Translations under genes and position numbers: made by a program | NCBI GenBank assembly: GCA_964016885.1 | Contig: OZ024752.1 | Coordinates: forward strand, 35,836,001 to 35,900,000 | DNA length: 64,000 nucleotides | Source of the DNA: Eledone cirrhosa | Taxonomy: Eukaryota | Direction: 5' to 3' | Notes under the pieces: model-generated | What the model saw: the letters and a program-made list of their open reading frames with translations, nothing else | Told to the model about the DNA's origin: nothing | Database searches by the model: none | In this document: in pieces, positions 14,247 through 30,362 of the stretch | Numbering within the stretch: position 1 is the first letter of the stretch | Layout of the letters: each line of letters begins with the position of its first letter

Positions 14247-14544
14247 TTTCAGAAACTTTAGATCATCAAACAAAATCCCTGGCAGTGTCACAGTATTTAT
14301 GGTCTGAGTTCAAATCCCTGGCGATGTCATCCTTGTTTCAGAAGAAGACAAGTGAACACCTCTCCTATAAACAGGACCCCGCTTTTATTTACTGAGTCCC
14401 CTCAGCTATCATATAAGAAATGTAAGGCCCTTCTCTAAAAAGATCCGGGTAAAAGCAATCTAAATAGTTATATATGATTTTTATTTTTTATATTAATGTT
14501 AATGGTAAAGAATTATATATACACATATAAGTATATATTATGTA

Positions 14545-15663
<1,119 letters not shown>

Positions 15664-16716
15664 ACAGTTCAAGAGTAACCAATCTTAAAGAGATAGATGG
15701 AGATAGGAGAGGAGATAGGAGAGGAGAAGAGAGATTGGTGAATTAGTTAGAAGCCAAAGCGTAAAGGCATGTGCTCAATGTGCAATATACAGTGGAAGGC
15801 AGCTAGGTGGCTGGGTTCATGCAGAGGTTAGGTGCACAGAGCTGGAAATATTCATTAGTTAAGCAAAACAAGGCCACAAATTTCACAAGGAAGACATTAT
15901 TAAAAGATTGTCAACATATTTTAGTTTGATGTAAGGAATGTAGAGAATAATTGTTTCTACTTTAGGCACAGGGCCAGCAATTACTCAGTGTATTACTGGT
16001 ACTTTATTTTATCGACCCCGTAAGGATGAAAGGTAAAGTCAACCTCGGCGGGATTTGAACTCAGAATGACATAGAGAATAATAATAAGGAATGTATAGAA
16101 TAATAATAATATTAATAATAATAATGTCTGTTTACAATTGTTTCGCTACTCCATATAATGTTTCTGGATCAAATGATTATAGATCATTATTGATCTGGTT
16201 CAGTTGAAAATAATTAACTTAGGTACAAATAGAGCAGCTCATCGGAACTTCAAAAGGAATATAAATTAAAATAAGGAGAGAATGTTACATGAATGTAATG
16301 TTCCATATATTGGTATTTCACTATGGACACCATAATATCGAGTTGTTTTGTTTCTGATTGATTTAAATATCGATTTCTACTTTAGGCACATGGTCAGCAA
16401 ATTTGGGTGAAGGGTAAAGTTGATAAAATCAACCTCAGTACTTAACCGTTACGTTATTTTATCGACCCCGGGAAAATGAAAGGCAAAGTTCACCTCAATG
16501 GAATTTGAACCCAGAATGGCAAGAGCCAGAACAAATATCACAAGGGTATTTCATCTGATGCTCTACCAATTCTACCAATCCATCATGTTTAAATTGTTTA
16601 TATCAATTAAATGGGTTTTGGAAAGAATAAGTTCTTATTTTCCTGTTCTAAGGATTCGTTTGTTTATACTTCAGTCTATTTTGGGTTACATTCAGTCAAT
16701 ATTCTCGAAAGCTGTC

Positions 16717-17181
16717 AGTCAGCGATGGGTCGATTCCTAGTAAAGTAACCTAAAACGAGAAAACTTTACTAGCATCAACTCCTATGGGTCGATTCCTAGT
16801 AAAGTAATCGAAAACAAGAAAACTTCACTAGCATCAATTCCTATAGGTAGATTCCTAGTAAAGTAATCGAAAACAGGAAAACTTCACTAGCATCTATTCC
16901 TATGGGTGGATTCCTTGTAAAGTAACCTAAAACAAGAAGGTGATAATGATTTATTTCCTTATAACTTCAAAGAAACCCTCTGATGAAATAATCTTTTTCC
17001 GATATTGATTGTCTTAATTTATTAAAATGATCAACACTGTTTCTTCGTTCTCGAAACACGGGAGATATGGTAGTAAAGTTTTCTTTTTTTAGGGTACTAT
17101 ACTAGGAATTTATTTATAGGGAAAGACGCTAGTGGTCTTCTTGTTTTAGGATACTTTAGTAAGAATCAACCCATCGGTGAC
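16717..17181. mobile_element. TIR element with subterminal ~59 bp tandem repeats
   Basis: Left AGTCAGCGATGGGTCGATTC vs right GAATCAACCCATCGGTGACT; ~3.5 tandem units on the left and ~2 diverged inverted units on the right. Confidence 0.7.
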
Positions 17182-17184
17182 TTC

Positions 17185-17216
<32 letters not shown>

Positions 17217-17224
17217 GTATATAT

Positions 17225-17543
17225 AACTCAGAGCTGTCGGTGAGCATGTCCAGCTAACCTCAGTTTCCTCTATGTCACTTTTGAGTCAACTCAAAAGTGA
17301 TATAGAGGAATCTGAGGTTAGCTGGACATGCTCACCGACATCCAGAGTTGGCATTGCACTCAGTGCTCCCGTGGGAGCCATTACATGAACACACTGGAAG
17401 AGGAAGACCAAGGTTAACGTATGTTGATGCCCTAAGGACAGACACTGGTCTGTTGGAGACGCAGGACATTGCAGCGATAATGAGGGACAGAGACCGCTGG
17501 AGAGAACTCGTCCATGGATCTCGGGAATTTTACCCGCCCTAGA
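17225..17543 (+). mobile_element. 3' end of an RTE/RTEX-like LINE with 5' fold-back duplication
   Basis: [39 protein letters not shown]; 17225-17285 is the inverted copy of 17289-17349. Confidence 0.85.
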
Positions 17544-18040
17544 ATATAAGGAAATTTCGCTCTACATGGCTGAATACAATAAATGTAATCTGAGCTTTTC
17601 GAATGTTCTGTTCGCATGCCAACATAATAGCAAGAATGAAGTGTTCATTCTACTAACATGGCTATAAAATTGAGGCTTGTTTGCGCAATTGCAAACGAAT
17701 CGAATGTTATTATTAATATTCGAAAAGCTCAGATTACATTTATTATATATATATATATATGGAGGAGGTTATTTTAATTCTTTGATATTAAAGTTAGAAC
17801 AGATACTCTATACTATTTCCGGTCAGCATGGCTTCATTAGAGATTTAAAGACGCTGGTTTGAGACCTTTACTTCCCTCCGAAGAAGAGATATTATCTCGA
17901 AAATTAAGGACATTTAAATAAATTCAAGGTGAAAGACGAATTCACATCAATATCTTTCACTATTGCATTCTTTTTTCTATGTCCATACCTGCATTGTCTT
18001 GGCCTTATTACACATATTCTAACGTTTATATATATATATA

Positions 18041-18087
<47 letters not shown>

Positions 18088-18473
18088 CTTGCAACCCGCG
18101 GCGACAGAACGAAAACTTGTTGACGAAGTTAATTCCACTGTTCTATCTTCCAAAGACCAATTATCTTGCAGACCCCTGCAAATGGAATTTGTTGATTTCG
18201 GATTTACAGAAATCTAGTGGAGATGTTATATAATATTATGTAATATGTCCACGATGGTTCAGGTAATTGTCAAACATTTCCCTGAGTCGGTTTTTTTCGT
18301 TGTTCCGGTCCTAGCAGATCGCATTTCGGTCGCTGGCTTCAATTTGCATAGCTGTCTAAACGTAGTGTTATAACTCTAAGGTAACATTCCTTATTGAGTT
18401 CTTTTGGCTGCACTTCCCGGCAGCATTCGTTAGCTTGCCCGCAACCAGAGCTTCGATTATGCTGTACTACCTT

Positions 18474-18477
<4 letters not shown>

Positions 18478-18545
<68 letters not shown>

Positions 18546-19102
18546 GATGGATGTATGTATGTATATATGTATGGATGGATGTATGTATGTATATATGTAT
18601 GGATGGATGTATGTATGTATGCATGTATGTATGCATGAATGTATGTATGTAATGTATATGTGTATATATGTATGCATGAATGTATGTAATGTATGTATGT
18701 ATGTATGTATGTATGTATGTATGTATGTATGAGTGTATGTATGTATGTATGTATGTATGTATGTATGTATGTATGTATGCATGAATGTATGTCTATATAT
18801 ATGTATGTATGTATGCATGAATGTATGTATGTAATGTATGTATGAATGTATGTATGTATGTATGTATGCATGAAAATATGTATGTAAGGTATGTATGAAT
18901 GTATGTATGTATGTATGCATGTATGTATGTATGCATGAATGTATGTATGTATGTAATGTATATGTGTATATATGTATGCATGAATGTATGTATGTATGTA
19001 TGTATGTATGTATATGTGTATGCATGAATGTATGTATGCATGTATGTATGTATGTATGTATGTATGTATGTATGTATGTATGTATGTATGTGTGTATGTA
19101 TA
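18478..19102. repeat. (TA)n plus (TATG)n microsatellite
   Basis: Direct reading. Confidence 0.97.
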
Positions 19103-19199
19103 CCAGTCTACACACCTAACCAGGTTGTTTAAATATCTTTAGAACATCATTTTATGTTTGAAAAGAAAAAAAATATTTTCAATTTCAGGAACCATAATA

Positions 19200-19750
19200 A
19201 TAAAGTGTCTTGCTCAAGGACACAACGCATTGCCTATCCTGGCTCAGCACGGGGATCGAACTCACAAACTCACGATTGTAAATCCAACTCTCTTACGACT
19301 AAGCTACGCTCTTCACGAAGTGAAAATAAAAATAATATAGAAATAATAATTGTTTCTACTTTTGGCACAAGGCCAGCAATTTATCCAGTACATTACTGGT
19401 ACTTTATTTTATAGACCCCGTAAGGCTGAAAGGCAAAGTTAACCTCGGCGGCGAGATTTGAACTTAGAATGGAAAGGGCCGTAACTCTATGTAACAAAGC
19501 ATGACGTCCAACTCTCTACCGATACTGCCAAATGAAGGTAACGAGAACTTCTGATGTGATAAACAGCAAAGAATTTCACAGTTCCATAGAATATGTGTAT
19601 CATTGTTGTTTGTTTAGCTGATTGTATGACATACATTTTTAATATAATTGTTTCTACTTTAGGCACAAGGCCAGCAATTACCCAGTGCATTACTGGTACT
19701 TTATTTTATCGACCCCGTAAGGATGAAAGGCAAAGTCAACCTCGGCGGGA
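19200..19750 (-). mobile_element. Cluster of SINE copies (a CORE-like head and two main-family copies)
   Basis: AAAGTGTCTTGCTCAAGGACACAACG at 19202; main-family copies at ~19348-19530 and ~19646-19750. Confidence 0.8.
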
Positions 19751-21382
19751 TTATACATTTTTAATATAACACCAATATGGCTTACCTTGTGAGAGATCAA
19801 TATATATATATAGAGAGTGTACCCCCCAAATTCGCGACCCCCCCCCCCCCCCGGTTATTCGCGGAATTTTCCTCAGAATCTAACCATTAATTGTTTGTGG
19901 GAACCACCGCATATTAGCAGAATCGTAAATATCTTTTGTTTTACATTTGAAAAGTCGTATGGGGGGGGGGGGAGCGGGGGCGTTTTGGGGGGCATTTTAA
20001 ACCTAGCGGAGCCCATCCCCTTCCAGGCGTGTGTACTGCAAATTTCTTCCAGAGAAGGATAGAGAGTGAGAGAATGGAAGTGAGAAAAAGACTTAGAAGA
20101 ATCGACCCCCAGTACTTGACTGGTATTTTTTTTTTTTATCGACCTTTAAATGGGAGAAAGGCAAAGTTGACCTCGACAGGATTTGAAGTCAGAGAGCAGA
20201 GAGCCAAAATGGATACTAGAAAGCATTTTATCTGACGTTCTAACGAATCTTAAAGGCCAGAACTAATGATTTTTAATTTAGGACAAAGCCAGCAATTTGT
20301 GTGGAGGAGAAAATCGATTATATCGATCCCCCAGTACTTTGCTGGTACTTTACTGGTACTTTATCGACCGCAGAAGGAAGAAAGGCAAAATTGACCTCGG
20401 CGGGATTTGAACTCAGAACGTAAAGAGTTTAACTAAATATAGCTAAGCATTTGTCCAACGTTCTAACGACTCCACAGCCATATTCACAAGAGAAGACACC
20501 TCTCACCCACCCCATAGTGGGTGGAAGATCTCCCTGTCGGACGGGGAGGGTTGACAGATCTGCTAAATGAAGGCGCTGCCCCAGCATGACCACAGTCAAA
20601 CGACTGAAAATTATATAAAACAATTTTTTCTACTTTTGGCACAAGGCCAGCAATTACCTCAGTGCATTACTGGGACTTTATTTTATCGACCCTGTAAGGA
20701 CCATAACACTATGCTGCAAAAACACTAAGCGTAGAAAGGCCTTATAACTGGGACTTTATCGAATGTGAAAAGCTAAATTAACCCCCAGAGAGCTGGGACA
20801 AAGAACGTTTGACCGTCTCTTACGATTGCTATAACGTAAATTAATGTAACAACAATAACTAAAAGAAAAAAAATGGTCAATTAAGCCACATATATCACAT
20901 TAATGCATATATGGTCCCATAACTCCCGAGGGAGTTGTAGAGACGCCATATTGGCATACGGATTTTTTTATGCCATTTCAAAATCTGGCGGAGCTCATCT
21001 CCTCTCCAGGACTGAATACAGCAGATTTCTTCCAGAGAAGGTTAGAGAGTGAGAGAGAGTGAGAGAGAGAGAGGAAGAATCGACCCCAGTACTAGACTGG
21101 TACTTTTTTCATCGACCTTGAATGGCTGACAGGCAAGGTTGACCTCGGCGGGATTCGAACTCAGAGATCAGAGGACCGACATTCTAACGGCTCTGCGAAT
21201 TCACAGTCTAAGGTTTCCCAAATTTTTTTGTCAACGCCCCCACCCTCATCCCTGTCCCCACCCCGTCAAATTAAATGTCAAATAAGATACTGAATTCATA
21301 AGGCTTAGCACATTATCTGGTGTATGGCCGCAGTTCAAATGGGTACAAAACCTAAAGCAAATGTGTGTGTGTGTGCGTGTGT

Positions 21383-21445
<63 letters not shown>

Positions 21446-21739
21446 CGTGCGCGCATGTGTGTGTTGAGCCTTTAATGACCAGGGGTCAATTTAAGTTCAA
21501 AGTAGAAAAAATGTTTTTTAAATTTGTGAAAATTTGAAAGAAAAAAATGGATAAATGCCCACCTGAGTATATTCACCCCCCCCCCCAAATGAAATTAAAA
21601 AAACTCCCAGCGCCCCGTTTCAACACAACAGCACCCACGCTGGGAAACACTGATCTAAGGTATTATTACATTAATATATAAACTAAAGAAGAAAAAAAAA
21701 CAATAAATCATGACAAATATTGAAATATTAAATACTTAC

Positions 21740-21803
21740 CGTACTGCTCAACAAAATTAAAATGAAACAATAGGAAAACTAACAAATATATGACACAAAA
21801 CAT
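21740..21803 (-). CDS. Probable first coding exon (signal peptide) of the type I membrane protein
   Basis: ATG at 21803; MFCVIYLLVFLLFHFNFVEQY + G then GTAAGT donor; phase 1 joins in frame to the 7258 exon (G|CC = Ala), giving 224 aa. Confidence 0.75.
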
Positions 21804-22319
21804 TGTTGACCGCCACCAGTCTTCTCCGGGTTTAAAGATTTAAAAAATTGTTCAGACCAAAGATGTCAGATGCATAATTCATGGAGACGAATAGAAATAT
21901 ACTGGTTTGCTCTCCAACAGCAAACTCTATTGTTTAACAAATAAATAGTCTAAATACCGATCTGACAGCGAAAGATGTTTTCCTTTACAATCGACTAACG
22001 AGAGATACCTTTTAGCAAGTTTCAGCTTGTAAAATAGTCCTTCAATACTGAAATGTGATAGAACTTGGGATAGGACAAACATTTAATTGATCACACTGAT
22101 CGATTTAATAAAAAAAAAAAACGAAAGATAAGGAAAAGGAAAGAAAAAAGAGCAAATCGATCTCATCTTTCATGTTAATGTTACCAGGGCATCAACTTAA
22201 ACAAACCATAGCAGACGATAAAACAAAGCCAACTCTTGTTTTTTTTATTTATATATTTATAAATGTATAGATTGCAGTCACATAATGTGTGTATATGCGT
22301 GGGAACGACTTTTGACTAT

Positions 22320-22950
<631 letters not shown>

Positions 22951-23189
22951 GAAGGAGATATATATATTCTAGGAGAAGGAAAACTCTGATATAACACCTG
23001 CAACCCTGATGGTATCCAATGATGTTGACTTGTTCTTCTTTTTGGTAAATATCATCTTGGTTAAGAGAGTGGGACTGGCTTTGTGCAGTGCCTTTGCTCA
23101 CTATAAAAGCTTCACGGCACAGGCATTGCTTTATATCTGGAGATCTCTCTGCGTTTGTCGTCGCATGGTGCCATGGGCCCAGCACTATG

Positions 23190-23340
23190 TGTCAATAATT
23201 GTCACAAGTGTAGTGTTTGTACCAGAGCTTTCAAGTCGCTGGCTGGACTAAAAAGTCACACTCGTTCGGCGCATCAGTGGGGGTTCTCCTACATGGATAT
23301 AAAGTAGTGGCCGTACTCGAAAACGAGTTGGCAGCCACCA
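23190..23340 (+). mobile_element. Probable LINE 3' end with a C2H2-type zinc finger remnant
   Basis: Translates to [22 protein letters not shown] (C-x2-C-x3-F-x5-L-x2-H), then a short UTR and (TA)n; resembles RTE-type C-termini. Confidence 0.55.
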
Positions 23341-23356
23341 TATATATATATATATA

Positions 23357-23409
<53 letters not shown>

Positions 23410-23799
23410 GTATATATATATATATCTGTATATGTATGTATGTATATGTATATATATATATATATATATCTATCTGTATATATATATATATATCTGTATA
23501 TATGTATGTATGTATGTATGTATATATATATATATATATATATAATAGAATAATCGAGTATCGAAAAATCGGCGCACGAGTTCACGATATATATATATAT
23601 AGAGAGAGAGAGAGGGGGGGGGGGGCGATGTATGTATGTATGTATATATGTACACCTACTCTGAGGGTAGATGTCTTTATCTGACGTCTAACCATGTCAT
23701 TATTACGTTGAGAGGTTTATCAACTAAATGTGACGATGTGATGATGTCAGAAGATTGGACACAAATTATGAGATCCTTAAAGCGTAAAATTCTCGTATA

Positions 23800-24525
<726 letters not shown>

Positions 24526-24528
24526 TCA

Positions 24529-25359
24529 TCTATATATCTAAAACAGAGAATGTCTGTATGTCTGTCTGACGCCCTAAAACTCGAGAACCACCCAACCGAT
24601 TGTTTTCAACCTTTACACATGTAATACTTATGGTCCTGTGATTGTTTTGAGCAAAACAATTTCAAATTTTCAATGCCCTAGAGACCTCATTAGACGATTT
24701 AGCGATCTCTCTCTACAATTCTTAGTCTTTCTCTTTTTAGATAGATACATAGATATAACGTTGTGCCCTTATAATATCTGTCTGCATGTCTGGCTGTCTG
24801 CATTACGACATTATGACGCTGTGTGTGTGTATATATATATATATATATGTATAATATATATATAGCGTGTAGCGTTGTTCGAAATATTTACTTCTGCGTT
24901 CACAGATTGATTTTTTTAGTTTCAGAAGATCTCGTTAAGGGTGAAAGCAGCCATTCTTTGCTTAAACTTTAATCTGTTATTTTAATATAGATATATATAT
25001 ATAATATTAACAAATGGAAACTATATTTATAAAACCATATTTATTTCATTATACATATTTCAAGGACCACCAAGGCAAATTATGGTGCGCTTTCATCAGA
25101 TAAAATATAATATGTTAGTTTTATAAATAAATGTCAATATTTATTTATAAAACTAACATATTATATTTTATCTGATGAAAGCGCACCATAATTTGCCTTG
25201 GTGGTCCTTGAAATATGAATAATGAAATAAATATGGTTTTATAAATATAGTTTCCATTTGTTAATATATTGTATATTTACTCCAATAATTTGTTGAGTAC
25301 TTTATATCAGTTATACAAATATGTTGCTTGTTGTATCCCAACAAATTAAATATAACCTC

Positions 25360-25390
<31 letters not shown>

Positions 25391-25537
25391 ATATATTCGT
25401 GTACAGATAGTTTTGCATACACAATAACAAAATATAAACAAACGTATTTATTTCACTAGGCTCGATAAGGATAAATATATATCAAATATATAAGAACCCT
25501 AGAGCAAATCCCGAGCAGCGCCGGGCCATTCTGCTAG
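24529..25537 (+). mobile_element. Second non-autonomous Helitron with nested insertions
   Basis: A|TCTATATATCTAAAAC 5' end; 3' CCCGAGCAGCGCCGGG..CTAG|T; interior interrupted by TA-embedded inserts. Confidence 0.7.
25003..25362 (+). mobile_element. Fold-back PLE 3' end (family A) with hammerhead motifs on both strands
   Basis: ~130 bp arms centred near 25136; CTGATGA..GAAA at 25172-25213 (+) and its mirror at ~25057-25099 (-). Confidence 0.85.
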
Positions 25538-25846
25538 TCATTGTTAAAGAATAGACTTTTAAGATTTAACAAAGAAGTCGTTATCCGATCGTTTGTCCTG
25601 CTAGAAATAGCAACCAAATGTCCCTCTAATCTAATCCTCTCCAACCGTCTTAGAAAAGGTTGCATCGAACAATGTAGTCATAAGTTTGATCAAAGATTTG
25701 CTCAATTAAGACAAACAAAAGCTATCGAGATTTTTTTTACGCCATCTTGAATTTCTTTTTTCTTTTTTTTTTCACTTTTAAAATAGGAATTTAATGGGAA
25801 TCAAATGAAGCTGGTTGTGTGTGAATTTGAAGGAAATGGCTCAGAT

Positions 25847-26000
25847 AATTGTTTCTACTTTTGGCACAAGGCCAGCAATTACCCAGTGCATTACTGGTAC
25901 TTTATTTTATCGACCCCGTAAGGATGAAAGGCAAAGTTAACGTTGGCGGGATTTGAACTCAGAATGGCAAGGGCCGTAACTCTATGTGTCAAAGCATGAA
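25847..26000 (-). mobile_element. Main-family SINE copy
   Basis: Near identity to the other copies. Confidence 0.85.
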
Positions 26001-26416
26001 TAATGTTAGGTTTTAATTTTCAAATGGATAAACTTGTCACGGGACTCACAAAGCTAACCACAACCTCAGGCCAGGGTTTTCACCTTTTGAGGCCCTAAAC
26101 TATTTGAAATTTGAGGCCCTTCTCTAAAAGAATTCTGGTTAAATAATTTAAAACAATGATACATGATTATTATTTTTTATATTAATGTTAATGGTAAAGA
26201 ATAAATCAAATATATATTTTTATTTGTTTGACCCGAATTACTTGGTCGTTTTTATGGCTTTGCGGATGATTGTTTAACCATCGTCTCAGTGTGTTTGGCC
26301 TTTAACGTATGTTGTAGCTCTGGTTCATCTGAATCATTGAGCGCTTGCCACACATATCGGAAATTGTTTTTCGTTAATTCCTAAGCCGAAATACGATTCT
26401 CGCTAATTTATATTTG

Positions 26417-26451
<35 letters not shown>

Positions 26452-26578
26452 TTTTACATCTATGTTTTTTTACATTCTTATTTTTACGTGTGTGCTTGTA
26501 AGCGGGTCAATGTGCGTGAATGTATATATGCGTGTATGTGTGTATATATGTATTGTTTGTATGGGTGTGTATGTGTGC

Positions 26579-26622
<44 letters not shown>

Positions 26623-26821
26623 GTGTGTGTATACAGTCGCGTACGTACGTGTGTTTAGATATACATGGGGCGATATGTATGTATGTATATATGTGCATCC
26701 TGTGTGTGTATGTACGCTTGCATACGCTTTTGTCTGCACGTATTGTGTGTATATATATTTTTTTTTTATAGATATATGTTTCTCATAGATATATGTGTAT
26801 GTACGCATGTACCTTGTTTGT

Positions 26822-27022
26822 TTTGTTTTCTTTTCTTTTCTTTTCTTTTCTTTTCTTTTCTTTTCTTTTCTTTTCTTTTCCTTTCCTTTCTTTTATTTTA
26901 TTTTATTTTATTTTATTTTATTTTATTTTCTTTTCTTTTCTTTTCTTTTCTTTTCTTTTCCTTTCTTTTCTTTTCTTTTCTTTTCCTTTCTCTTCTCTTC
27001 TCTTCTCTTCTCTTCTCTTCTC
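26822..27022. repeat. Compound pentanucleotide microsatellite (TTTTC)n/(TTTTA)n/(TCTTC)n
   Basis: Direct reading. Confidence 0.97.
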
Positions 27023-27311
27023 TAGTGTTAATCGACTACTTTCTCTTTCATTTAAATATTGTTCCATTTTTATAAATATATCGAGAATGACATTTTCTTT
27101 TAACTATTACACTCCCTTACCTCTTTATCTGCTGCATATAAGTAATCGCGCGTGTATGTGTGTTTATACGCATGCCTTCATATTCTTATATGTATCTAAC
27201 ACCCTGTTTATGTATACATGTCAACCAGACTTACAATTTATTTTCAACTTATATTATATCCGTATTTGTGGTTACATATACACAAATATACTTGCCCTCA
27301 TATATATATTT

Positions 27312-28012
27312 ACGCACACATTTTCACCATACACACGCATATGTACATGCATACATATGTACATTTGTGAGTGTATATACATACATATACACACACCTAA
27401 CTATATTTCCTTATATTTTTTTATATATTTTATATGTCTATTGCATTACTTTTATTTTTATTTATATATATATATTTTTTTTGCATTTCTTGAGGAGACT
27501 TTTCAAATATTTCACTATGTTTTATATTGCCTCGTCCGACGAACGCACACATTTTCACCATACACACGCATATGTACAAGCATACATATGTACATTTGTG
27601 AGTGTATATACATACATATACACACACCTAACTATATTTCCTTATATTTTTTTATATATTTTATATGTCTATTGCATTACTTTTATTTTTATTTATATAT
27701 ATATATTTTTTTTGCATTTCTTGAGGAGACTTTTCAAATATTTCACTATGTTTTATATTGCCTCGTCCGACGAACGCACACATTTTCACCATACACACGC
27801 ATATGTACAAGCATACATATGTACATTTGTGAGTGTATATACATACATATACACACACCTAACTATATTTCCTTATATTTTTTAATATATTTTATATGTC
27901 TATTGCATTATTTTTATTTTTATTTATATATATATATTTTTTTTTTTTGCATTTCTTGAGGAGACTTTCCAAATATTTCACTATGTTTTAAATTGCCTTG
28001 TCCGACGAACGA
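27312..28012 (+). repeat. Three tandem ~231 bp units
   Basis: ACGCACACATTTTCACCATAC recurs at ~27312, 27543 and 27774; each unit ends GTCCGACGAACG. Confidence 0.93.
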
Positions 28013-28070
28013 ATGAGGACGTTTCTTTCGTATTCGTCTTATTCGGGAAACCTCTGGTAATGAGGTAATT
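27992..28070 (+). ncRNA. Hammerhead-like motif with variant core CCGACGA
   Basis: TTGCCTYGT-CCGACGA-ACGAATGAGGACG..CGTCTTATTCGG-GAAA-CCTCTGG-TA-ATGAGGTAA; all three helices can pair. Confidence 0.55.
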
Positions 28071-28169
28071 ATATTGTATTGTTTATTATACATTAAATTT
28101 TGCTCTGCTACTTACATAGAGCACTCTTCACTCCTATGACTTTTTCAATTTTCAACGGAAACTTCAATA

Positions 28170-28291
<122 letters not shown>

Positions 28292-28418
28292 TTAGGGTAA
28301 ATATTGATGCAATTCAATTCAAGCACTCAACGTACTTTTTCCACATAGGAGTGACGGAGTAAATATCGAATAAGGAAAAGCGAAGTAGTTTCAGATGTTC
28401 AAGTCCTTTAATAATAAT

Positions 28419-28492
28419 GCTGTGATATATATTTCAGTGACGACACTGGCCACACTGTTCTGTGTGCGAGTGTCGTGTCATCATCAGACAGC
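28419..28492 (-). ncRNA. Type I hammerhead motif with extended helix II, inside a fold-back insert (28368-28628)
   Basis: Minus strand GCTGT-CTGATGA-TGACACGACACT..AGTGTCGTCACT-GAAA-TATATA-TC-ACAGC. Confidence 0.75.
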
Positions 28493-28622
28493 TTGTTACA
28501 TAATAAGGTTATGTTCCCTTGTCGATCCAATTTGGATTGCCTCGGAAACATAACCTTATTATGTAACAAGCTGTCTGATGATGACACGTACACTCGCATC
28601 TGAAACTACTTCGCTTTTCCTT

Positions 28623-28660
<38 letters not shown>

Positions 28661-28689
28661 AAACCAGCTTTTTACATAACGGTTGGTCA

Positions 28690-28950
<261 letters not shown>

Positions 28951-29289
28951 GAGTATGTGTTGGCTGTTTACCGACACTTCAGTATGCAGGTTAGAGCACT
29001 CAACAAAGTGCGCATATGTGTCTGTTTATTCCGGAGTAGTGTAAAAACAAGAAGTGTACGACAACAGGTTAAGATTAACTTCGTTTATACATATTCCTCT
29101 ATGGAATTAACACCACACTCTGGATCTGAACATATCAACGAACTAACAAGGTAAAATCTATTCCAAAATCATGTTTTCCTGTTTTTTTCTGTTCAGGTTT
29201 TAACTGCTTGATGAGGACATAGCTGTTGAATAATGGCTACCACTGAAATATATATAACAGCGAATATGAACAAACGAAGTTCATCTTAA

Positions 29290-29342
<53 letters not shown>

Positions 29343-29344
<2 letters not shown>

Positions 29345-29490
29345 GATATTAACAAATGGAAACTGTATTTATAAAACCATATTTATTTTATTATACATAT
29401 TTCAAGGACACCAAGTCAAACCATGGTGTGCTTTCATCAGATAAAACATAATATAGAGCAGTTTTATAAATAAATATTGACACACCCTTA
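29343..29490 (-). mobile_element. Solo family A PLE-end fragment with hammerhead motif
   Basis: TTTCAAGGACACCAAG..GGTGTGCTTTCATCAGATAAA is the reverse complement of the family A motif. Confidence 0.75.
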
Positions 29491-29585
29491 AGGGTATATA
29501 TATAACGAAGGAAGTGTGGTAAGGAACCAGGTGGACCTTAACGCACCAGAGTACTCGATACTTTGGGTAGTAGAGTGACCCTTTT

Positions 29586-29642
<57 letters not shown>

Positions 29643-29809
29643 TTTACGTATCGAGAAAGAGAAAAAAAGGGGGGATAGGTGATACATATAGTTATTTGCC
29701 AAGTAGCGTATTTATGCCCTTGAGAAGCCCAACTGGGCGAAACGTACGTAGGTGATATTTTAAATAAACATGTTTTAACAGTCTATTCTCCGATTTTTTA
29801 CTTTCCCAC

Positions 29810-29861
<52 letters not shown>

Positions 29862-30069
29862 ACTAGAAATTGATTGACATATATATATATATTTAAAATA
29901 AACACATGAAACAATCAGGGGATAATTTGTAAAGTGTGTAATCACACATAGCTAGGTAGGTAACTAATTAAAGTTTAACCAGATCTTCAAATATTACCTT
30001 TTAAAAAATGATAACACTGGAAGGTAATATCCGTAGTGGTAGAGCACTCAGTCCATGGGACGAGTTAAG

Positions 30070-30362
<293 letters not shown>

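Noticed and set aside
13088-14291. ~380 aa repetitive ORFs, or a possible CRISPR-like array
   Set aside because: Contiguous 26 bp tandem units with no unique spacers; open frames arise because the unit lacks minus-strand stops
19780-19800. Possible extra minus-strand exon (AG|GTAAGC donor-like site)
   Set aside because: No convincing acceptor or open frame upstream, and the two identified exons already join in phase
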